NCBI RefSeq assembly: GCF_009914755.1
Contig: NC_060935.1
DNA length: 64,000 nt
Direction: 5' to 3' (one strand)
From: the human T2T-CHM13v2.0 reference genome, Homo sapiens
The position numbers were made by a program, and so were the translations under genes. Positions 1 through 15,563 of the stretch are shown piece by piece (the first letter of the stretch is position 1; every line of letters starts with the position of its first letter). The notes under the pieces were generated by a model. That model had not been told where the DNA came from, did not search any database, and saw only the letters and a program-made list of their open reading frames with translations.

Positions 1-1087
1 CAAACTCACAGGGGAAAGCAGATAAGACAGGCCATGATGATGTCATTGGGCTGTGGAATGAAGCCAACTTTGAGTTAGACCCTCTTTTTGGACCTGCCTG
101 TTAGTTATGTTATTGATAATTTGCCTTTCTTATTTAAGGCAGATAATTTGGATTTTCTGTTATTTGCAACTGAATATGTCCTAACAGATATATTAACGTG
201 TTCAAAGCCAAAAATTAAAAAAACTCAGCTCTCCGTGTTTTCATTTTATCACCAGTAAAATTAATGGATTGGAATATTATACCAGTGGTTTAAAAATCTA
301 GTTTTAGCAGCAAAATGCATTGTTCTAGCAGTCTTACACAGATCATGCAATACATAAAATATATTTTAAAAAATCAATAAGTATGCTCCTCATTAATTTT
401 TATAATTAGTGACAAATATTTCATTGTTTGTAGATCCCATGAAAACCTTTGTTTCTTTGGAGCACAATTTGAAAGCCACTAGTGCAGATAATAAAACATA
501 TGTAATACATTATGCATAATAAAAATGAGATATGCATAATATACAGATATAAATATATATGTATGAATGTATATAAAATAGCTAACATTTATTGCTTTTA
601 TTATGTACCAGGGATCGTGCTGAGTACTTTTTTATGCATGGTTTTATTTTAAATTCACTTCATGAAGCAGGTACTTACATTTAATAAAGGAATAATAATA
701 CTTACCTCATGGGGGCTCTTGGGAAATTAAAACAAGATCCTAGACTTCACGTAACTGAGAAGGGCAAGCATTTTCTTTTGTTGAAATTAAACCTAGGAAG
801 AAGTGCACCTAAAAACCTTGCTTATCCATGGACTTTCTAATTCCAACTCAACTAATTATAACTGATACAGATTCCTTCTGAACTCTAGTTTCAATATTAT
901 CCCCAGTAGAAATGAGAATTGGTTTATGTGTCCTCTTTTATTCTGTGATATAAATGTCAGTTCTTTTGGTGATAGAAAGTAATGCCATCAGCAGCTGTAC
1001 TTAAAGAGACAAAATAATAACATACTCATATATCCCATAGAATGTTTATGCCTAAGGCTTCATAATCACATTAATTTAAAGATGAAG

Positions 1088-1410
1088 GGCTGGGCACAGT
1101 GACTCATGCCTGTAATCCCAACTTTTTGGGAGGCCAAGGCCAGAGGATTGATTGAGGCCAGGAGTTCGAGACCAGCCTGGGCAGCAGATCCAGGCCCCCC
1201 TCTACCATCTCTGCAAAAAAAAAAAAAAAAAAAAAAGTAGTAGGCAGGTATGGTGGTGCATGGCTATAGTCTAGCTACTGGGGAGGCTAAGGCAGGAGGA
1301 TGGCTTGAGCCCAGGAGTTCAAGGCTGCAGTGAACTATGATTGTGCCATTGCATTCCAGGCTGGGCAACAAAATGAGATCTTGTCTAAAAGAAAATTAAA
1401 ATAAAATAAA
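1088..1410 (+). mobile_element. Alu (J-like)
   Basis: Dimeric Alu, expanded middle A tract, TSD ~taaagatga. Confidence 0.9.
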
Positions 1411-1598
1411 GATGAGCCACAGAGAGGTTTAATGGCCTCCTAAGGTCACACAGATTGTTAGGGTTCAGAGCTGAGACTAACATTCAGGGAGTTTGGCTTC
1501 TATACCAATGCTCTGTACATTGCATGCTGCCCCTAATTAACCTGGCCAAACTTGGTCTCCATTTGCCACTGAAGTTAGCCAATAAGAAAGAAAATCTG

Positions 1599-1907
1599 GG
1601 CCAGGCGCGGTGGCTCACTCCTGTAATCCCAGCACTTTGGGAGGCCGAGGCCAGTGGATCACGAGGTCAGGAGATCGAGACCATCCTGGCTAACATGGTG
1701 AAACACACGGTGTACTAAAAATACAAAAAATTAGCCAGGTGTCGTGGCGGGCACCTGTAGTCTCAGCTACTCAGGAGGATGAGGCAGGAGAATGGCGTGA
1801 ACCCAGGTGGTGGAGCTTGCAGTGAGCCGAGATCGCGCCACTGCACTCCAGCCTGGGCAACAGAGCAAGACTCCATCTCCAAAAAAAATAAAATAAAATA
1901 AAATAAA
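1599..1907 (+). mobile_element. Alu (Y-like)
   Basis: gatcacgaggtcaggagatcgagaccatcctggctaac; aatggcgtgaaccc. Confidence 0.92.
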
Positions 1908-2983
1908 ATGTGATGAGCACTGAAAGCAAGTATGATCTGAATTTGGCTGATCAGGACTTCCTATGGCCTTGTGAAGAAAACCTATGGCACCGTGGTTTTC
2001 TGTGTACATGGAGGTGTGACTGTGGTTTCATAATCTCATCTCATCTTAACGCTTTGTGTTGAAAATTCAGGCACAGACCACCGAAATAATATCTGGCAAT
2101 TACCTGGTTTTTACCATTTCTCTATTACCTGGAAAACTAAAACGAGATGTAATACTCTGGATGTTTTAGGTGGCATGTAATTTGCTTGTGTATTCAATAG
2201 TCCCTCTCATCCTTTAAAATATAAAATAAATTGTTGCTAATGTAGTTTTTGACTTTGTTTCCATGTTCTTTAATTCGATTTTAAGTTTTCTGGGGATGAG
2301 ACCATCTTTTTATGGAGTACAGTGTTATCATATTTTGCCTTATCTTATTTTGATATTTTCCAAATATTTAAATGTAACCCAGATGTCAGCTCAAACCACA
2401 TATTGAACAGCCTTGCCAGAATTTCTGCACATTCCTGGTGAGATTTCGTTCTGTCCAGTTCCAGCTCCCACAGGACCCTTGATCTCACTTGAGGTTTGTC
2501 TTCCTTGTACAGACCTGCCCCTAACATTTGTGGGGCCAGGGTCAGGGCAGGAATAAATATAGAGGCTCACATATCCCTTGTCTAAACAGATAATAAACTA
2601 TTAAATAAAATATGTACCGTTCTCCTGCATTGCCAAATTTGGCTTCATGATAACCTGAAGTTATCATGAAGTTGAAATTTAGAATTCTGAGACTTCTAGT
2701 TTTCCTCTGGAATTCGGCAGTATGGGGAGAGCTGAACTCCCACCTCCAACCTCCACCCATAGTCCACCCCGTATTTTTTTCCATGCCCCTTCCTCCATTG
2801 TTTTACAACATGAAGGGCCTTACGTGTGTTAGTGGACATTGGGGCATGTCTAGGTTTTACCCATTTGCTTTCAAGCAGCCACTCTTTAGGCAAACCTTAG
2901 TCCTAGTGATATGCCTACCAGCACCATAGGCTACAATTAGGAGGATGGACCCAGGGACAAGGCTGGTGTAGCCCTGCACAATT

Positions 2984-3774
<791 letters not shown>

Positions 3775-3854
3775 CAGCCAGGTGTGGTAGTTCTAGCTAC
3801 CTGGGAGCCAGAAGCAGGAGAGTCTAAGCCACTGTGCCCGACCCATAGTCTATT

Positions 3855-4219
<365 letters not shown>

Positions 4220-4329
4220 TAAATCGCCATTGGTATAAATGACTTCATTGCACACATCAGAACCACTTGATTCTCTCCCTTCAATATGTGTTTAAAAGGC
4301 ACAGAAAGAACTTATAAAAAAAGCACTGA

Positions 4330-4681
<352 letters not shown>

Positions 4682-5260
4682 TCATTGGCCAATATTGTTT
4701 CTTGGCCCTATGGGAGAGACTTCTAAGGAGAAAACTTTCGGGGGCATGCTTTATTCTTTATACAATTATTCCTTGCTATCCAGATGAATTCAGTTCCTGT
4801 GTATGGATAGTTTGGAGAATGAGTTTAGGTAACCAGGGAATTTGTGTTGTTATAGTTCTAAAATCAAAAGCTCTATGATAGAAAACTAGGACTTTAATAG
4901 TTAAAATCTATATACCATTCCTAATCTGTTTGGCAGTTCATAGTCAAGCTGATTTAACTCCGAAGCAAAGCTCCCTGATTAAGTATCTTTATAGTTTTCA
5001 ATATTTAAGTTGGGCAATCAGGAAAGGCACAAAGTAACTAGAGCTGAAGAATTGTATAATGTTCTAGGAGGAAGCTATTCTATTTTAAACAAGTCTTCAA
5101 GATGGACAGAGATTAAATAGTAATTGAGTAATGATCATTTTATTAAAGTGTTAAAAGCTAGTATTGGAAATAGCCATGCTCTGTACAGGACTCCATTTAT
5201 TTGTAGAAAATTACTCCCTTCCTGTGACTTAAAATGATTAATAATCATAATAATAAGGGA

Positions 5261-5629
<369 letters not shown>

Positions 5630-5945
5630 TCAGTTGCGATCTTGATCAGTGGTATCCAACAGAACTTTCTGCAATGATGGGAATGTTCTAATATGCTGTC
5701 TAATACGGTATCTGCTAGAGACATGGGCTGCATAAAGGAGGGGTGGATACTCAAATAAACATTAGGGTTTTTCTACCTGTAGGTAAACAGGATACTTGGG
5801 CAAAAACAGCAAAGTCTAGTGTGACAGACAAGATACTCTAAAACATAATAAAAGCTATTTTTGGTCACTGCCCATTGATTTATAGAATTTAATAATTACA
5901 TGAGAATGAAGCAAACAAGCCTTAATGAAGTTTATAATTTTATAA

Positions 5946-6238
5946 TTTTTTGTTTTTGAGACAGTCTTACTCTGTTGCCCAGGATGGAGTGCAGTAGCAT
6001 GACCATGGCTCACTGCAGCCTCAATCTCCTGGGCTCAAGTGATCTTCCTGCCTTAGCTTCCTGAGGAGCTAAGACTAAAGGTATGAGCCACTACACCTAA
6101 CTTCTTTTTTTGTTTTTTGGTAGAGACGGGGTCTCCCTATATTGCCTAGGTTGGTCTCAAACTCCTGGGCTCAAGTGATTCGCCTGCCTTGGCCTCCCAG
6201 AATGCTGGGATTACATGCATGAACCTCTGTGCCCAATC
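5946..6238 (-). mobile_element. Alu (J-like)
   Basis: Diverged antisense Alu. Confidence 0.88.
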
Positions 6239-6748
6239 TTTTTAGTCATTTTTTTAAACATTGCTTTCAATTGTCTTTGTGAATTTTTTTGGCCGCTGAG
6301 GGCTCATATATTGAGCAATCATGTTATCTAATTTTTGGTGCAATGGTTAACCTGGGTAATAGCTTGAATTCAGCTCCCCTTACGACTTTATGCCCTGTGA
6401 TTGTCTAGCACTTTTCTTTTTGATAAGTGCTAGATAGCTGGCTAACTGGTATCTAGGTGCAATGTACAAAGAAACCTAATAGGTATTAGGTACAAATGTG
6501 AGAGCATTGCTGTCATTTTGACATGAGGATGTGCCGACCTAATAGCAACCAAACATGTTTGTCAGCACATTAGAAGTTAAGCACTGTTACCACTAGTATA
6601 AATAAACATGAGTACAAAGCCTATACTGAAACTTTGTTGCATTACTTGGCTATTCAAAATAAGCTTCCATTAATTTTTAAGTATTATCTTTAAAAATATA
6701 AAATGTAAAAATTCTTGAAGAGAATGTTCAGGCTTCTAAGAATAGAAC

Positions 6749-7666
6749 TTTTTTAAAACACCAACTGCTTTTTGTTATTGAGTTTCAGAAACCTTTCACA
6801 AGATGGTAAAAAACAAACAAACAAAAAACTTTACAACCACAGCTAATGTCATTTTTTTCCATTGTTCCTACTCAGCTCCAAACTCATTGTGTGCAAGACC
6901 TATTTTTCCCATACATCTAAATGATAGATACAGGCTATGAGATTCTTTCTTCTATTTGTAGCAGCTTATTCAGGTGCAGCCAAACACAAAGCTTCAGGAT
7001 AAATTGTACAAACTTTACAATATGGGATTTGAATTTAAAATATGAGACATAAAGTCTGCACAAAACTGATAAAAATCAAGCACAGATATCAGGATCGAAA
7101 CTTATAATCTACATGTGAAAGGGAGTCTTATTTCCTTTCAAGTGCTTTATTCTGCTATGGAACAGTTGAAACGAAGATGTGAAGCTTTGTGGTTAGTTTC
7201 AATTATACACGCTGTAGATACTATACCAATTTTAAAAGTTACGCAGAGACCAATGGATGTCCATCAGTTCATCTGGATTGATGGGACACTCCAGTGGGAT
7301 CGCTGAGAACAAATCAGGCAAGTGTGGAAGGAAAGTCCTCCTGTGCAATTCATTTGCAGTGTTTGCGGATGGGCAGGCACACACCTCCAGGAACATGAGG
7401 GCTGCTGTTTTCTTCATCAGAGCTACGATTTAGGCTTCACGCCTCTGACCATCTCCTCAGCCTCAAGTGTTATCACATTCCTGAAGCTCTACCGCCACTT
7501 TTTCTCCAATTGTATTAGAAACTTCTGATCTAGATGGCAGCGAATCTTCTAGTTGAGAACGTTTGTCTGGGTTGATCCAGTTGTTTTCAGGACACTTCAC
7601 ATCAAACTTTATGTAAAGATCACCTTGTTCAAAGGGATTAGGATATTGTGGCATTTCTTCACCTCA
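6749..7666 (-). pseudogene. 5'-truncated processed pseudogene of DNAJA2 (C-terminal CDS plus 3'UTR)
   Basis: ORF 7463-7654 [45 protein letters not shown] matches DNAJA2 [45 protein letters not shown]; CGA>TGA stop at 7463; degenerate SSDEE...H tail; UTR-like sequence ends in a decayed poly(A) signal and short A tract near 6750. Confidence 0.9.
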
Positions 7667-8079
7667 AATCCCCAGAGTGTGTTTTGGAAACACTGAAGTA
7701 ACAAAAAGGGCAGAGCTTTGCCCCCACTTATTTGCTAAATGCTCTTTTTACTGTGGGGCCCTATGCAAAATGACCTAACCTCTTTGAGGCAGTTTCTTAA
7801 TTTTGAGATTTAGAGTAACATTCATTTTCTGGGGTTGCTGTGAGAATCAAACACAATATTGGTTATGCCATTCCTGGCACAACCGAAAGAGTAGCAATGC
7901 CTGAGTAATAGAAAGCACGTAACATTTATAATTAGGAGAATATGAGTCAGATCGGGCTTTGCATTTCTGGTCACATGACCTTCAGCAAGCGACAAATGTG
8001 AACTTCAATTTCCTCATCCATGACATAGGACTGATATCAACATCTTCCCCACTGGATTGAGAGAAAAAGTGAAAGTAAC

Positions 8080-8870
8080 TTCCTTTTCCCTTCTCTCCCA
8101 TCTCCTCACTTCTCTCTCCCTCCACCTTCCTATTTCCCCACTTCTCTTTTCCTCCACCCCCATCTCCTTCTCTCTCCCTCCAACCCCCCATCTCTCCACT
8201 TCTCTCTCCCTCCACCGTTTCATCTCCTTACTTCTCTCTCCCTCCACCCCTCCCATCTCTCCACTTCTCTCTCCCTCCACCCGTCCATCTCCTTACTTCT
8301 CTCTCCCTCCACCCTCCCATCTCCACACTTCTCTCTCTCTCCACCCCTTCCATCTCTCCACTTCTGTCTCCCTCCACCCCTGTCTCCCTCCACCCTTTCA
8401 TCTCTCCACTTCTCTCTCTCTCCACCCTCCCATCTCCTTACTTCTCTCTCCTTCCACCCTCCCATCTCCACACTTCTCTCTCCACCCCTTCCATCTCTCC
8501 ACTTCTGTTTCCCTCCAACCTTCCATCTCTCCCCCTCCACCCTTCCATCTCTCCACTTCTCTCTCTCTCCACCCTCCCATCTCCTTACTTCTCTCTCCTT
8601 CCACCCTCCCATCTCCACACTTCTCTCTCCACCCCTTCCATCTCTCCACTTCTCTTTCCCTCCAATCTTCCATCTCTCCCCCTCCACCCTCCCATCTCTC
8701 CACTTCTCTCTCTCTCCACCCTCCCATCTCTCCACTTCTCTCTCCCTCCACCATCCCATCTCCACACTTCTCTCTCTCCCCACCCCTCCCATCTCTCCAC
8801 TTCTCTCTCCCTCTACCCTCCCATTTCTCCACTTCTCCCTCTTCACCCTTCCCCTCACCCCAAACACACT
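8080..8870 (+). repeat. CT-rich minisatellite, ~28-32-bp unit with a 147-bp higher-order repeat
   Basis: Unit ~CCATCTCTCCACTTCTCTCTCCCTCCACCCTC; only 5 G on + across ~790 bp; explains the repetitive ORFs at 7982-8965. Confidence 0.95.
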
Positions 8871-11009
8871 TTCCTGGTATTGCCTATATTCCTTATGAGC
8901 ATTCAATGCTTTCTATTGATAGTGTTTTCCTTGGGTCTTCTTTTTTTAAAAAGAAATTCTTTTGAGACAACCAGAATATTGACTACTTGATGATTTTCTC
9001 ATGAATTCAACTGCTCTACCTGGTACATTTACTAAAGGACATTGAGTTCACTGGATCCCTGAAAGGAGAAGAAGGAAAAAAAAAAGGGAAATTCAGCCTT
9101 TTTTCCTACTCCTAAATATATCTCACAATGTTGTCTTAGCCTAGCACATTTTAAAAAAATCTTTGGTACAGAAGTTCTTTTAGTAATCTGATAAGCCAAC
9201 TTTAAAGGAATATTTCATGCATATGAAAGGTAAGATTTGATGAGGCTTTCTTGACATATATAAAAGAATAGAGATTAAAGCCATAATTTAATATTTGCCC
9301 TTTAAGTATGTCCATCAAATACAATTTTATGTGAAATACTTTCCACGAGTTCGGCTTTCTATTGGACCTTGCTTTCAGAAATAGAGAAAGTTTCATGAAA
9401 AACAAATTTATGTCACCACTGTGTTCTAGTAGTTGGTAAATATACTAGACAACGTATTGCTTTTGCCAGAGTCAATAATCATTGACTCCTGCATGTGTCA
9501 GCAGACATTTACCAGTGTAAGGACTCTACATGGGAAATTAGGCTTTTTTTGGGAGTAGGTAGAAAGGAGGGCAGAGTATCAACAAACAGGGAAGGTCTGG
9601 GAGTCAGTAGACCTGGGTTCTAGTCCTCTCTTTTAATTAGTTTTGAACCCTATATGCACAGATATAACCTTTTCAGAGTTATTTTTAAATTGATAAATGG
9701 AGGGGATTGGGCAGTTCATTCCAGCTCAGTCAATTGGGAACAGTTGATTGATTCTTGATACGGTGATATTGCTAACAGGAGGACAACTAGATCTTAAGGT
9801 CCATAGCACAGGGATCATGACTGTCTTGTTAACTGTTGAACCTCTGGTATTTGCATGCGTAGATACCCAATAGAAACCTGTTGAATCCGGAAGAACTGAG
9901 GGTTGGCTAGCCAGCAGAATTTCATTATTTTCAGTGCAGAGCTAGATCCTCCTATAGTTCCTAATCTATGAATTTAAAAGTTAATAATCAGTGTACATTT
10001 GGGGGAACCACACAGGGAAAGAAATTCTACCATGACAGATTCCACTGATGGTAGGAATGAGGATTCTGATACCCCAGCCTCCTCTCTGAAGGTCAGGTCG
10101 TTTTATGACATGCCCAAAGAGCATGACTTATGCTGACAGCTTCATCAGTTCAACAGAGTTCTTTTTTCTCAATGGAACAGATGTCTATTGTGTTGATGTT
10201 GCCTGACCTAACAATAACTGACTTCTCCAGTGGATCTTGGTTGTTTTTCTTCCCAGTTACCCTTGGAATTTATCACCATCAACTCCCCCATGTGCCAGTG
10301 GTAGTTTTCTGTGGATCCCAAAAGAAGATCAAGGCCCTGGAAAAATTAAGGAAAATCAGGGATTGTGTTGGTGCATCCTGTTCTTAGGTTGAAAAAGTGC
10401 AACTGTAACTCCACCCCCCACAGCAATCCAGCTTAACTGGATATTCCAGAACAAGGCTGCCCACTGGGCTGGACACATCCCAAGAAGGGTGGGGAGAGTT
10501 ACAAAAACCAGGTCCGCCCTTAGCCCAATCCAGCCAGCAAATAGCAGAGGGACTTGTTTTTCCTAAATTCAGTTATTAAAATAGATGAACTTCTCTCAGC
10601 ATTTAATAATATTGTTTTGTCCAAAATTACTTTTCTTGTTTAGAGCTCAACATATTCATGTCAAATATCTTTATGGTTGGACACATATTTGTAACTCTTT
10701 ACATTCCTAGCTAATGGAAAGTTGGGAGTCATCACTGTAATTTTCCCAGGATGCTTTAAGATGCTTCATCATAAACACATCCTATGTTTGAATGATGGTT
10801 GGCAATGTTGAGATTGACAGCTTCAATATGCACTTTAATTTCTCAATAACATAAGTCATAGTTAGATACATTGTAGTTTTTTCCTCCTTTATTTTTCTGA
10901 TACCTGCCTTCAGAAGTGAAGTTCAACAGTAGGGGAGGACTTGCCTTCCATTAATATTTAGATGGACCATACTGACATCTCATTAACTAACTTACAAAGT
11001 GTCACATGT

Positions 11010-11435
11010 TATCTGTGACAGCATGGATGAACCTGGAGGACATTATGTTAAGTGAAATAAGCCAGGCACAGATTCTCACTTATATGTAGAATCTAAAAAT
11101 GTTGAACTCATAGAAGCAGAGAGTAGAATGGTGATTGCTAGGGGCTGCAGGTGAAGAGTGCTGGGGAGATATTGGTCAAAGGACACAAAATTTCAGTTCA
11201 TCAGGAAGAAAAGTTCAATAAATCTATTGTACGATATGGAGACTATAGTTAATGTATTCTTGAGTATTGCTAAAAGAGTAGATTTTAAATGTTCTCACAA
11301 CAAAAAAATGATAAGTATGTGAGGCAACACACAGGTTAATTAGTCGATTTAGCCATCCCACAATGTCCACGTATTTCAAAACACATCATCTTTTACCCAA
11401 TAAATATATACAATTATTTGTGTCAAAAAAAAAAA
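11010..11435 (+). mobile_element. L1M (L1MA/MB-like) 3' end
   Basis: catggatgaacctggaggacattatgttaagtgaaataagccaggcacag...aataaatatatacaatt plus A tail. Confidence 0.8.
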
Positions 11436-12052
11436 AGACTCACAGAGTACAGATTAGAATGGAGGAGGATGGAGATTAAATCTGGAGGAGCAAGCAGAAA
11501 ATGTCCAGTTGTCAAGTGAAGTAAGCTAAGCGATGACCTGGAGACACACTGTAATTGATCCAACTCACAGTGGAAGCTGGAAAGGATCAAAGGTCCTGGC
11601 AGGGAGCAACAGAGGCTGGGAGAAAGAAGGGGCTTTAACCTAAGGAGAGGTGCAGCAGTGTATGCAGGAGATAGGGGTTTACATAAGAGCCACTGGAGAA
11701 ACATCGTCCATTATTGGATCCCTGAATGTTCCCTGAATGTTCTCTGTGGGCTCTGTTTCTTTCTTACTTTCTGTTTCTTCTTTAGGGTTCTCTAACAGGT
11801 CTGCTGACTTGGCAAAAATGTCTGGTAGCCCTAGCTAGCTCCTTCCACTTATATTTAAACTTGAACTATTCATTCTCATGAAAATGATGATATAAGCAAT
11901 AGATTTCCAGATCTACCCATAAAATTCCCTTTTCATTCAAATGTGACTGGAGTCTTAACAAGATATTAACATTTCAAAGCCAGCCTCAAGCATAAAAAGT
12001 GATGTTACCTAAGAAGTCAAAGGAGAAAAGAGTGACAGCCTGTCTGGAGTTA

Positions 12053-12420
<368 letters not shown>

Positions 12421-13160
12421 ATAAATTTGAGGGATAAAGGCGGTGCCATACTATTGAGGTTCACAGAGTGGAAGGAAGAAAGATCCATGCTATGACGCTA
12501 GTAAGAGAAGTTGTAGGAGCACAAATCTCTGTTGAGCTCAAGGAGGCAGCAGTTAGGAGTGGTCATTGCGGGGATTAGAGATTTCAGAGTGTTTTTATAA
12601 ATGGCACTACCCTCAGATGGGGGAAAAGCAATGGCACAACACCCACCCAACTTGACAGTGTCAAGGACGATTTGATAACATGAGAACAACCTGAGCCGCA
12701 AATTTTGTGACAGTCCTGCGCCATCTACAATAGCTGATACTCAAGGGGCAGAGCAGAACTAGTTGCCTACAAGAATAAAATAATTTTGGGAGATGGATTC
12801 AAAATTTCTTCTGCTGAAAAGCTAGTCATAGTATATTAAAAACAAAAAAACAAACAAACAACAACAACAACAAAAACACTGGGTCAAACCTTAAAAGATA
12901 AAATGGACTTGGGAAGGAAAATGTGATGGTTTAGTCTATTTACATTCGTTGTCACCCTGTCACATAACATTAATCAGTGAATCAGGTGTCCTCTGTATAT
13001 GTGACAAAAGGACGAGGTTTCCACTATAGACATGCATGTCAATGCTCCAGATGCTGAAAAGATGGATATAATGGGACGCTTGGCGAGACTAATGGTTTTA
13101 GTTCTTTAGATAGTGAAATGTCACTTTAAAAATGCTACTAATATCTGTTTTTGGAAAAGA

Positions 13161-13456
13161 TTTTTTTTTTTTTTTGAGATGGAGTCTCCCTCTGTGGCCC
13201 AGGCTGGAGTGCAGTGGCACAATCTTGGCCCACTGCAAGCTCTGCCTCCAGGTTCAAGTGATTCTCCTGCCTCAGCCTCCTGAGTAGCTGGGATTACAGG
13301 CATACACCACCATGCCTGGTTAATTTTTGTACTTTTAGTAGAGATGGGGTTTCATCCTGTTGGCCATGCTGCTCTCAAACTCCTGACCTCAAGTGATCCA
13401 CCCGCCTTGGCCTCCCAAAGTGCTGGGATTACAGACGTGAGCAACCGCGCCTGGCC
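13161..13456 (-). mobile_element. Alu (S-like)
   Basis: Antisense full-length Alu. Confidence 0.92.
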
Positions 13457-13599
13457 TGGAAGTGAAAATTTTAATTTACTTTATTAAATTAAATTAAATT
13501 AATTTAATTTAATTAATGTTTCAAAAAACTTTGAATAGATTTCCTTTATTTACACAATGACCTGAATGGCGATACTCTAGATTAAGATATCAAATGGTA

Positions 13600-14445
13600 T
13601 TGTGATATTGTGTTATAATAAGAAATATGTATTTGGTCTCTGCTCTTGGTTCCTGGCACACAACTCCTAAAACCCCTGGAATGTCCATAGTAATAAGAGT
13701 GTCTTTTGTATGCTAATGAGGTGACTGGTGGCTAGTAGTCCTTACATAGCTTCAGGATGTGGGCTGGTCACTAGAAAGACCAAGGTGTGATTAGATGATT
13801 GGGACTACCCCACCAACCTCCAGGGAGGGGACGGGGCAAGGGACTGAAAGCTGAATTGAACACCAATGGCCAGGGATTGTAATCAATCATGCCTACATAA
13901 TGAGGCTTCTGTAAAAACACTCCAAAGAACTGGGTTTAGATTGTTGAATACATGGAGGTACCAGGAGGGTGGCATGCCTATTGAGGACATGGACTCTCTC
14001 CACACCACTTCCCATATGCCTCGCCCTGCGCACCTCTTCCATTTAACCGTTCATCTGTATCCCTTGTAATATCCTTTATGGTAACTGGTAAGTGTTAAGT
14101 GTTTCCTTGAGTTCTGTGAGTCATCCAGAAAAATAATCAAACCTGAGGAAGATATCAGGGGAACTCTGATTTATAGCCAGTTGGTTAGAAACACAGGTCA
14201 CAGCCTGGGGTTTGCAATTGGCATTTGAAGTGGGGCAGACTTGTGAGACTGAGCCCTTAACCTGTGGGATCTGATGCTGTCTCCAAGTAGATAGTGTCAG
14301 AATTGACTTAAATTGTAGGACACCCAGCTGGTGTTCTTTGGAGAATTGCTTAATATATAAGGGAAACTGTCCCCATACATCTGGTGTCAGAAGTGATATG
14401 AGAATGAGAGTGAAAGATAAGAAAAACCTGTGTTTTTCTTATCCC
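13600..14445 (+). mobile_element. Solo LTR, MER21-like
   Basis: Starts tgtgatattgtgttataataagaaatatgtatttggtctctg...; MER21-type internal motifs; ~840 bp. Confidence 0.75.
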
Positions 14446-15237
14446 AGATAGGTATTTAGGAATATAATTTGGGTCCATCTTTAAAACCATGCCTCCGTAG
14501 ACATATTTTTTATTTCTTATTCTTGAATTTGAATATTCCATGTCTGACAATTACTTGTTCTCAGAGGATGTTAATATCTTCATGTGTAAATTGACAGGAG
14601 ATTAAAACCCAGGTTAAAATCTGAAATGAGGCCATGTAAGGAGGGACTATGGTCTGATTGTTTCCACTTCACATGGCGGGAGATACCATGACAAAGATTT
14701 GGTTGTACTTTCAAGCTCAACCTGCACTGAACTAGGAATGTTCTGTGTGAAGTGTTAGTTAAGACTAAACAACTTTGGGAAACTCACTCTGGATTGTCAC
14801 TCACTCTGGACTCATCATTTTCTTGTCTGAGTCATCGGTCAGATTATATACTCCTGTGGGGAGAAGGAAGTGAATTTCTCTCTTAAGGAAATGCTTTCTT
14901 TTCCCACCATTGATCATCCTGGAGTAGAAAAGGGGTGTTGGATATGGGAGGGAAAGATTTCCTCCCTTTTTTGGGGAACTGGGACATGAAGGGGAAAAGA
15001 GATATTCTGCTTGTGTAGGTTGAGCAGTTTTCTTTGCCACATGAAGGAGTGAAGGCAGGGCCTACAGGCCTATTTTAGATCTGTGGCCCCAACTACTAGC
15101 AGTATTTGAAATTAGTGTTGAACCAGGGTGTTATGGTAAAAGCCAAAAGCAACTTCATTTTTGTCTCTCGCTGAACTTTCTCAGTGAGGGTGATCCTTTC
15201 CCTACTCCTGGTCGAAAACTTGGGTAGTCAATGGTTA

Positions 15238-15563
<326 letters not shown>

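Noticed and set aside
6404-6434. 10-bp-stem hairpin tctagcactt/aagtgctaga; similar 8-bp inverted repeat at 9469-9488
   Set aside because: Too short for a pre-miRNA and expected by chance in AT-rich DNA.
7982-8965. Long ORFs on both strands (302, 228 and 144 aa)
   Set aside because: Translations of the CT-rich minisatellite, whose base composition nearly excludes stop codons.
11720-11742. Short tandem duplications (also ~14783, ~23449) and microsatellites (CA ~37846, GAT ~56217)
   Set aside because: Ordinary slippage products with no additional structure.
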